Below are positions 8,882 through 15,376 of a stretch of 15,376 nucleotides of DNA, in pieces. The notes beneath the pieces were generated by a model that was not told where the DNA came from, did not search any database, and was given only the letters and a program-made list of their open reading frames with translations. A program made the translations under genes and the position numbers. Numbering within the stretch: the first letter of the stretch is position 1; the number at the start of each line of letters is the position of its first letter. Origin of the DNA: a virus; the UHGV virus genome UHGV-0041029; one strand, 5' to 3'.

Positions 8882-9088
8882 ATGCATAAAGATCAATACA
8901 CTGATGCCCCCTCCCAGGAGCAGGTTCGTGTAAAAACTATGCTTAATAGCACCATTTCGATGGGTTACCCGGATGTTGTAATTGCATGTATAGAACATCA
9001 AGTATCTCTGGAAGCATTCAGGGCAATTGAGGCCGCGTTAGTAAAGCACGATAAGAATACGAAGGATTATTCCCTGGTGGTTGACTGA
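8882..9088 (+). CDS. Hypothetical protein (68 aa)
   Basis: ORF with GGAG 7 nt upstream of the ATG. No family recognised. Confidence 0.4.
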   Translation: MHKDQYTDAPSQEQVRVKTMLNSTISMGYPDVVIACIEHQVSLEAFRAIEAALVKHDKNTKDYSLVVD

Positions 9089-9439
9089 TCACCATAACTG
9101 CTAACCATTCTGACCATTTCACAAGTGACAGAGTCAATATCGTATTCTGTCACTGTAAGGCTAATACAGTACTGCAATTCAACTACAGCAATGCCTCGTA
9201 TTTAGGTGAATTTACAATATCGTCCAGTTCGGATGCCGGCTGCATTTCTGAAGATAAGGCATTTCGGTTCGCGTATTTTCCCCTCATGCTCGTCAGTCCT
9301 GCGCGTAGTAAGAAACAGGACACTCACACTAATTTGTGTGGGCATGCTGTGATGTCCTTCTGAATTATCCCCATGCCATTATGTAAAGCTCTGTTTCAGA
9401 TGCTCGTCACGGTTGTCAGGCTGTCGGGTCCTCCCAGTG

Positions 9440-9480
9440 GGGGTCCCTGCCACGGGGCGGGAGCGTCGCGGAAAAAGACT
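9440..9480. other. Candidate cos site (cosN-like, lambda-type cohesive end)
   Basis: ccacgGGGCGGGAGCGTCGCGG (9451-9471) resembles the lambda cosN context acgGGGCGGCGACCTCGCGG. It lies about 195 bp upstream of the small-terminase start, close to the roughly 190 bp spacing in lambda as I recall it. The lambda sequence is quoted from memory. Confidence 0.4.
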
Positions 9481-9649
9481 AGTTTTTGCATTTCCATGGC
9501 GGCGGCAGCATGTTTGGTAATTTATTGATAATTAAAAGTTATTTCTCTTTTCACCTGTACAATATTTTTTCTCCCTGTTATTAGACCAGTTTGCAATTAA
9601 TTGAAATATATAAATAAACCTGATTTTCACCTGCCAGATGGAGTTGCTT

Positions 9650-10177
9650 ATGTCAAATGTGAGCGGGATCGGTGATGCTTATTACTGGAGTGTTTTTAAA
9701 ATCGCCGAGGCCTTTGGGCTTCACCGGGACACAGTAAAAAAACGGCTCCTCGCGGCCAACACTCCTGTGGCTGCGACTGTCAGGGGGAACCCCGTTTACG
9801 CCCTGCAGCATGTCGGGCCCGCCCTGTTTAGTGTGAAGCATGAGGCAGCAGACTCTGTTCATGATCCATCCCGTATGGAGCCGAAAGAGAGAAAAGACTG
9901 GTACCAGTCTGAAAATGAAAGGATCAAGCTGGAAAAGGAGCAGCGAAAACTCATCCCAGTTGATGAAGTAGTCATCGTCTATTCGTCCATGAGAAAGGCT
10001 GTCGTCCAGGTTCTGGAGACAATTCCGGATGTTCTTGAACGCGATTGCGCCCTGACTCCTCAGGCCGTCGGCGTTGTACAGCAGGCCATTGATGACCTGC
10101 GATACACTCTTCAGGAAAAATCCTACGAGGCTTGTGCTGCTGAATTAATTCCTGATGAGGAAGGAGAGAGTCTCTAG
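9650..10177 (+). CDS. Terminase small subunit (Nu1-like DNA-packaging protein)
   Basis: About 175 aa from the ATG at 9650 (GGAG 6 nt upstream). N-terminal HTH-like segment (YYWSVFKIAEAFGLHRDTVKKRL), acidic C-terminus, immediately upstream of and coupled to the large terminase. Family call from architecture and context. Confidence 0.65.
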   Translation: MSNVSGIGDAYYWSVFKIAEAFGLHRDTVKKRLLAANTPVAATVRGNPVYALQHVGPALFSVKHEAADSVHDPSRMEPKERKDWYQSENERIKLEKEQRKLIPVDEVVIVYSSMRKAVVQVLETIPDVLERDCALTPQAVGVVQQAIDDLRYTLQEKSYEACAAELIPDEEGESL

Positions 10178-10185
10178 GAGGAATA

Positions 10186-11919
10186 ATGGGTTTTTCATCA
10201 GCCCGAAATTTGGGAAGGGACATATCGGCAGGATTTTCCCCACCACGTCGCATGCCGATTTCGGAGGCTGTTAAAAAATTCATGCGTGTTCCCAAGGGGG
10301 CTGGTAACTCGGTGCCATGGGATCCTGAACTGACACCCTACATCATTGAGCCCATGAACTGCCTGGCATCGCGTGAATACGATGCGGTGATTTTTGTTGG
10401 TCCTGCGCGAACAGGGAAGACCATTGGTCTGATCGATGGATGGATTGTCTATACCATCGTTTGCGATCCTTCGGACATGCTCGTTGTGCAGATGACCGAA
10501 GATAAGGCCCGCGAGCATTCTAAAAAGCGCCTCGACAGAACGTTCAGAAGCAGTGCGGCGGTAAAGAAAAGAATGAGTCCACGTCGTAACGACAATAATG
10601 TCCATGATAAGACGTTCAGGGATGGCTCGTTCCTTAAAATTGGTTGGCCCTCGGTCAACATTATGTCGTCGTCGGATTACCGGTTTGTCGCCTTAACCGA
10701 TTACGACCGTTTTCCGGAGAATATCGACAGCGAGGGTGATGGTTTCTCCCTAGCCTCAAAACGTACCACCACATTTATGTCCGCCGGGATGACTCTGGTG
10801 GAGAGCTCGCCGGGACGTGACATCTGCGACAGCAAATGGCGACGTAAGTCGCCTCATGAAGCGCCACCGACGACTGGTATTCTTTCCCTTTACAATCGTG
10901 GTGACCGCCGCCGCTGGTACTGGCCATGTCCGCACTGCGGTGAATATTTTCAGCCAGCTATGGATGCCATGACCGGCTACCGTAATGAACCGGATCCCTT
11001 TAAAGCCAGTGAGGCGGCGTATCTACTTTGCCCGCACTGCAGCGGCATTATCACTGCGGAGAAAAAGCGTGAGCTCAATAGTGCAGGAGTCTGGTTACGT
11101 GAAGGTCAGGTCATTGATCGTAACGGCAACGTTTCCGGTGAACCGCGCCGCTCCCGTATCGCCAGTTTCTGGATGGAAGGGCCAGCTGCTGCGTATCAGA
11201 CCTGGGCGCAACTGGTTTACAAATTACTGACTGCAGAACAGGAGTATGAAGCGACAGGAAGCGAAGAAACACTCAGGGCGGTTATCAACACCGACTGGGG
11301 ATTACCTTATCTTCCTCGTGCCAGCATGGAGCAACGAAAAAGTGAACTGCTTGAGCAGCGGGCAGAGCCAGTTCCTTCCCGCAGTGTTCCGGATGGCGTT
11401 AATTTCCTTGTGGCGACAGTGGATGTGCAGGCGGGACGTCATCGCCGTTTTGTGGTTCAGGTAACGGGCTATGGCAGCCGTGGCGAACGCTGGATTATTG
11501 ATCGTTACAACATCACGCAGTCATTGCGCAGTGACTGCGACGGGGAGAGCCAGCGAATTGATCCGGCCAGCTATCCGGAAGACTGGGATGTCCTGCTGGG
11601 GAGCTGGTTTTACGACGAACTGACGTATGAAGAGCGGAGCAGTGACGGGAAATGGAGTAAGCCGGGTCGCGGTGCCAACGAAGCTTTTGACCTGATGGTG
11701 TATGCCGAGGCGCTGGTCATTCTGCATGGATACGAAAAGATCCGCTGGCCGGATGCACCGGAGTGGGCGAGCCGGGAAACCTGGCTGGAGTGTGTCCCGG
11801 ACAGTACCGAACCGTCACCCTCACCGGAGCCGGTATCCACGCCTGTTAAAAAACAAAAACGGAAGAAAACAGTAACTGACGATGTTAACCCCTGGCTGAC
11901 TTCCGGAGGATGGTTATGA
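10186..11919 (+). CDS. Terminase large subunit, lambda gpA family
   Basis: 577 aa. Walker A P-loop (VIFVGPARTGKT), Cys-rich motifs (WYWPCPHCGEYF and LLCPHCSGI) comparable to the lambda gpA CPHC region, and a C-terminal nuclease-type region. Confidence 0.85.
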   Translation: MGFSSARNLGRDISAGFSPPRRMPISEAVKKFMRVPKGAGNSVPWDPELTPYIIEPMNCLASREYDAVIFVGPARTGKTIGLIDGWIVYTIVCDPSDMLVVQMTEDKAREHSKKRLDRTFRSSAAVKKRMSPRRNDNNVHDKTFRDGSFLKIGWPSVNIMSSSDYRFVALTDYDRFPENIDSEGDGFSLASKRTTTFMSAGMTLVESSPGRDICDSKWRRKSPHEAPPTTGILSLYNRGDRRRWYWPCPHCGEYFQPAMDAMTGYRNEPDPFKASEAAYLLCPHCSGIITAEKKRELNSAGVWLREGQVIDRNGNVSGEPRRSRIASFWMEGPAAAYQTWAQLVYKLLTAEQEYEATGSEETLRAVINTDWGLPYLPRASMEQRKSELLEQRAEPVPSRSVPDGVNFLVATVDVQAGRHRRFVVQVTGYGSRGERWIIDRYNITQSLRSDCDGESQRIDPASYPEDWDVLLGSWFYDELTYEERSSDGKWSKPGRGANEAFDLMVYAEALVILHGYEKIRWPDAPEWASRETWLECVPDSTEPSPSPEPVSTPVKKQKRKKTVTDDVNPWLTSGGWL

Positions 11920-11960
11920 ATCAGAATGATATTGAAGCCATGATTCAGCGTTATGGGTGA
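11916..11960 (+). pseudogene. 5' stub (14 codons) of the gene that followed terminase, truncated by deletion
   Basis: ATG overlaps the terminase stop (ATGA), typical coupling for the next head gene. The frame stops after MNQNDIEAMIQRYG, where tape-measure homology begins in another frame. Confidence 0.3.
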
Positions 11961-12798
11961 TCAGCAGCGGCAGCGATATCAGGTACAACTGAGTCTTCGC
12001 CAGAAATACCAGCAACAGCTGGAGCAGTTGAGGCGGGATAGTGAGCAGAAAGGAATATATAACACGGATGACTACAGAAAGGCCGAGCAGGCGCTGACGG
12101 AGAGCCTGAACCGACAACTGAATGAGAATCGCCGTTACTGGCAACAGCTTGAAGTTGTGCAGGGTAACTGGAAAAACGGAGTCCTGCGTGCATTTCAGAA
12201 TTTTACCGTGGATGCAGATAATACGGCAGGAACAGCAGAACAGGTGTTCTCGTCAGCCTTCAGCAACATGGGAAATGGCCTAGCAACTTTTGTCACTACC
12301 GGCAAACTCAATTTCAAATCCTTCACCTCTTCTGTGCTGTCAGATATGGCGAAAATCCTGGCGCAGGCAACCATGATGAAATCGATAAAAGGGATTGGCA
12401 GTGTACTGGGATTTGATCTCAGCAGCCTTTCCCTGAATGCCAATGGGGGGATTTATCAGTCTGCTGATTTGAGTCGTTACAGTGGCACGGTGGTTAACCG
12501 TCCGACGTTTTTTGCTTTTGCAAAAGGCGCGGGTGTGATGGGGGAAGCGGGACCTGAAGCCATTCTGCCACTGCGTCGTGGTGCTGACGGTAAGCTGGGG
12601 GTTGTGGCGGATATTGGTGGTTCAGGTATGGCGATGTTTGCCCCGCAGTACAACATCGAGATCAATAACGATGGCACGAACGGGCAGATAGGTCCGGCTG
12701 CCCTGAAGGTGGTTTATGACCTCGGGAAAAAAGCGGCAGCGGACTTTATGCAACAGCAGGCCCGTGATGGTGGTCGGTTAAGTGGAGCATATCGGTAA
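11953..12798 (+). pseudogene. C-terminal fragment (about 280 aa) of a lambda-like tail tape measure protein (gpH)
   Basis: The C-terminus (NIEINNDGTNGQIGPAALKVVYD...ARDGGRLSGAYR) parallels the lambda gpH C-terminus (VINNDGTNGQIGPAALKAVYD...MRDGGLFSGGGR). The stop overlaps the gpM start (TAATG). No N-terminal 500+ aa present. Confidence 0.8.
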
Positions 12799-13127
12799 TG
12801 GAGACGTTTCACTGGAAAGTGCGCCCGGATATGAATGTGGTATCAGAGCCGAAAGTGGTGACAGTGAAGCTGGGCGATGGTTATGAACAGCGTCGTGCGG
12901 CGGGACTGAATAACCAGTTGTCGATTTACAGCGTGACGATACGTGTTCGTAAATGTGAACACCCATCTTTAAAAGCCTTTCTGGAACGGCACGGTGGCGT
13001 CCGCGCATTTCAGTGGACGCCACCTTATGACTGGAAGCCGATCAGGGTGGTTTGTCGTAAATGGTCGGCAAGCGTGGGGGCGCTGTGGGTAACCATAACG
13101 GCAGATTTTGAACAGGTCGTGGCATAG
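12798..13127 (+). CDS. Minor tail protein M (lambda gpM homologue)
   Basis: 109 aa, METFHWKVRPDMNVVSEPKVV...EFQWTPPYDWKPIRVVCRKWSA...DFEQVVA, collinear with lambda gpM and the same length. Confidence 0.85.
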   Translation: METFHWKVRPDMNVVSEPKVVTVKLGDGYEQRRAAGLNNQLSIYSVTIRVRKCEHPSLKAFLERHGGVRAFQWTPPYDWKPIRVVCRKWSASVGALWVTITADFEQVVA

Positions 13128-13136
13128 GAGGCCCTG

Positions 13137-13409
13137 ATGCAGGATATTTCACAGGAAACACATCATGAGACGACACGCCTCACTCAGTCAGCCCAGGTGG
13201 TGCTCTGGGAAATCGATCTGACCGAGGTAGGCGGGGATCGCTACTTTTTCTGTAATGAGCAGAACGAAAAAGGTGAGTCTGTCACCTGGCAGAGTCGGCA
13301 GTATCAGGCCTATCCCATTCAGGGGAGTGGATTTGAGATGAACGGCAAGGGCAGTGCTGCCCGTCCGACACTGACGGTCTCTAACCTGCACGGCATGATC
13401 ACCGGGATG
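13137..13409 (+). pseudogene. N-terminal fragment (about 91 aa) of minor tail protein L (lambda gpL homologue)
   Basis: MQDISQETHHETTRLTQSAQVVLWEIDLTEVGGDRYFFCNEQNEKGESVTWQSRQYQAYPIQGSGFEMNGKG...TLTVSNLHGMITGM matches the lambda gpL N-terminus. Homology stops near 13409; the open frame runs on to 13523 through unrelated sequence, which is gpJ read out of frame. Confidence 0.8.
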
Positions 13410-13876
13410 GGAATACCAACATCGCCGGTGTCACGGTGGTGTTCCGGGCTGGTGAGCAGGAGCAGACTCCGCCGGAGGGATTTGAATCCTCCGGCTCCGA
13501 GACGGTGTTGGGTACGGAAGTGAAATACGACACGCCGATCACCCGCGCCATCACGTCGGCAAACATCGACCGTCTGCGCTTTACCTTCGGTGTGCAGGCA
13601 CTGGTGGAAACCACCTCAAAGGGGGACCGGAATCCGTCGGAAGTTCGCCTGCTGGTTCAGATACAGCGTAATGGTGGCTGGGTGACGGAAAAAGACATCA
13701 CCATTAAGGGCAAAACCACCTCGCAGTATCTGGCCTCGGTGGTGGTGGATAACCTGCCGCCGCGCCCGTTTAATATCCGGATGCGCAGAATGACGCCGGA
13801 CAGCACCACAGACCAGCTGCAGAACAAAACGCTCTGGTCGTCATACACCGAAATCATCGATGTGAAACAGTGCTAT
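13409..13876 (+). pseudogene. Internal fragment of tail tip/host-specificity protein J (lambda gpJ, about residues 55-220)
   Basis: NTNIAGVTVVFRAGEQEQTPPEGFESSGSETVLGTEVKYDTPITR...[18 protein letters not shown] is near-identical to the lambda gpJ N-terminal region as recalled. It lacks the gpJ start and the C-terminal 900 or so residues. Confidence 0.8.
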
Positions 13877-14309
13877 TCCAGCTGGCTTCGTGGCTGTTTT
13901 CAACAGTGATGAGTCATCGTGGCATCTCGTTGAAGATCATCGGGGTAAAACGGTTTATGACGTGGCTTCCGGCGACGCGTTATTTATTTCTGAACTCGGC
14001 TCATTACCGGAAAATGTCACCTGGTTATCCCCGGAAGGGGAGTTTCAGAAGTGGAACGGCACAGCCTGGGTGAAAGATGCAGAAGCAGAAAAACTATTCC
14101 GGATCCGGGAGGCGGAAGAAACAAAAAACAGCCTGATGCAGGCAGCGAATGAGCATATTGCGCCACTTCAGGATGCTGTAGATCTGGAAATCGCAACGGA
14201 GGAAGAAAACTCGTTGCTGGAAGCCTGGAAAAAGTATCGGGTGTTGCTGAACCGTGTTAATACAACAACTGCACCGGATATTGAATGGCCAGTAGCACCT
14301 ATAGGGTAA
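13875..14309 (+). pseudogene. C-terminal fragment of tail fibre assembly protein (Tfa family)
   Basis: [67 protein letters not shown]... matches Tfa proteins (TfaQ/TfaE-like). Homology starts abruptly at the gpJ junction, so the N-terminal 50-60 residues are missing. An in-frame GTG/ATG could still allow a truncated product. Confidence 0.75.
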
Positions 14310-14392
14310 ATTCGTAATGATTACCTAAATACGTTATTCTTTTGTTCAAAAAGTGATTTTGCTATAGGTAGGGAGTATGTTCTTGGATTAAG

Positions 14393-14425
14393 AATAAAAA
14401 ATCGCCATGAAAGAGCTTCATGGCG
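14393..14425 (-). terminator. Rho-independent terminator for a leftward (- strand) transcript
   Basis: Perfect 9-bp hairpin cgccatgaa-agagc-ttcatggcg (14403-14425). On the - strand it is followed by a T tract (+ strand aataaaaaat, 14393-14402); on the + strand no U tract follows. Confidence 0.5.
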
Positions 14426-14902
14426 AGTACATAAACGTACAAAATGTGATGAAAGTAGAGTGGCGTAAGCCACTATATTAAGATATGACAATAGCGAACA
14501 AAAGTAAATAACATTTTATGGACGTTTAATTGTTAATTATAAAAACTAGAGTGCCCGATATTGTTTATCTTGCTTTAAAATAATGTACTCAAACCAAATT
14601 TTTGAGCTAAAAGCTCAAATAATATAAATGCAATGATAATGTTTAATAAGACAATTAGCTTGCTTTGTATTTTCATTTCGGAATACTGTTAAGTAACTTT
14701 GATGACCCTAACAATAGATCGGAATTTTCTTAGAGTCAATGGTCACTGTTTTTGTTTGCAAAGCAAATGTTTTGGTGGTTATAAGTTTTCCTAATATAGT
14801 CACCTATGCAACTTGTTCCGTGTGGAGATTAAAGGTTAAAATTTAATGCGAAGATGGAATTATAATATATTTTTTTATAATTAATTTAACCTTAACATCG
14901 TT

Positions 14903-14997
14903 GCTGGCGGCATGGAAGAAATATCGGGTCTTGCTGATATCGTGTTGGCACTTCCTTAGTGCGGTTATCGAATGGCCAGCTGTACCTGTGGGGTAAA
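14903..14997 (+). repeat. Degenerate second copy of the tfa 3' end (direct repeat of about 14217-14310)
   Basis: gcatggaagaaatatcgggtcttgctg...atcgaatggccagctgtacctgtggggtaa aligns with gcctggaaaaagtatcgggtgttgctg...attgaatggccagtagcacctatagggtaa at the end of the tfa fragment. The middle part is divergent. Confidence 0.5.
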
Positions 14998-15128
14998 AAC
15001 TTTATATGGATGCTATTTTTATAATAGCTGGTAAAAACTGGCCGAACTGAAATTCACTGTTGATAAAAAAGATGTGTTTGAGTGTATGTCATTGTTTTCT
15101 TAATGGAATCCACTAGAATGCAGCGAAT

Positions 15129-15326
15129 TTAAGAAGGTGGGTTTTTATTGGAATATAAACTACAATAATGCTCAACTCGTTCGTAGAATTGTTTTTTCTT
15201 ATTTCTTGGAATGCTAACCATTATATGCATTATGGGGGCGATACTTCCTGATAATTTACATGATGCATACATTGAAGCAATAAATTCAATATCATTGTCA
15301 TCAAAGTTAAAGCTTTCTCCGTCCAT
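15129..15326 (-). CDS. Hypothetical small protein (65 aa) in AT-rich DNA
   Basis: Only an ORF in an AT-rich region. No RBS or family support checked, and AT-rich DNA yields chance ORFs less often but not never. Confidence 0.2.
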   Translation of the reverse strand: MDGESFNFDDNDIEFIASMYASCKLSGSIAPIMHIMVSIPRNKKKQFYERVEHYCSLYSNKNPPS

Positions 15327-15376
15327 TTCAATTCCTTATGTGTTTGGCACAACTGATGCTGTATCCCATGAGAATT

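Noticed and set aside
9653-11840. ORFs antisense or out of frame within the terminase genes (9653..9862, 9972..10295, 10198..10605, 10449..10661, 10985..11230, 11246..11464, 11521..11727, 11610..11840)
   Set aside because: Embedded in the long, motif-supported terminase frames. They are shadow ORFs.
13410-13523. C-terminal 38 residues of the 128-aa gpL ORF (IPTSPVSRWCSGLVSRSRLRRRDLNPPAPRRCWVRK)
   Set aside because: This is not gpL sequence but the gpJ fragment read out of frame after the deletion junction, so it is not annotated as genuine coding sequence.
11914-13857. Minus-strand and alternative-frame ORFs across the tail-gene remnants (11914..12144, 11951..12193, 12195..12443, 12477..12677, 12778..13023, 13188..13391, 13399..13614, 13657..13857)
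   Set aside because: The + strand frames carry clear lambda H/M/L/J homology. These overlapping ORFs have no independent support.
13870-14073. 67-aa + strand ORF 13870..14073
   Set aside because: Out-of-frame overlap with the Tfa-homologous frame. No support.

Overview
This 15.4 kb window reads as one continuous stretch of a defective lambdoid prophage of the enterobacterial (E. coli Qin-like) type, almost entirely on the + strand. All identifications rest on reading the six-frame translations and recalling protein families; no database search was run. In order: a Hok-family toxin (hokD-like), rem-like and DUF968 (ydfU-like) genes, a short Q-like antiterminator with a terminator behind it, then a three-gene cargo island where Stx phages carry stx (a Blc-like lipocalin lipoprotein on the - strand, a DUF523/DUF1722 RudS/TudS-like protein with conserved Cys, and an AT-rich GadX/AppY-like AraC regulator). 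Next comes an apparently intact lysis cassette (dual-start pinholin, ydfR-like ORF, SAR endolysin, Rz with embedded Rz1), a cold-shock cluster (cspI-like, ynfN-like, gnsB-like), a candidate cos site, and small and large terminase genes. The morphogenesis region is heavily decayed: terminase is joined to the C-terminal part of a tape-measure gene, followed by intact gpM, the N-terminal third of gpL fused to an internal piece of gpJ, then the C-terminal part of a tail-fibre assembly gene. The window ends in AT-rich DNA holding a second degenerate tfa 3' end. No tRNA, rRNA or CRISPR array was recognised. The most interesting candidate is the Q-to-S cargo island, especially the RudS-like putative tRNA 4-thiouridine desulfidase.
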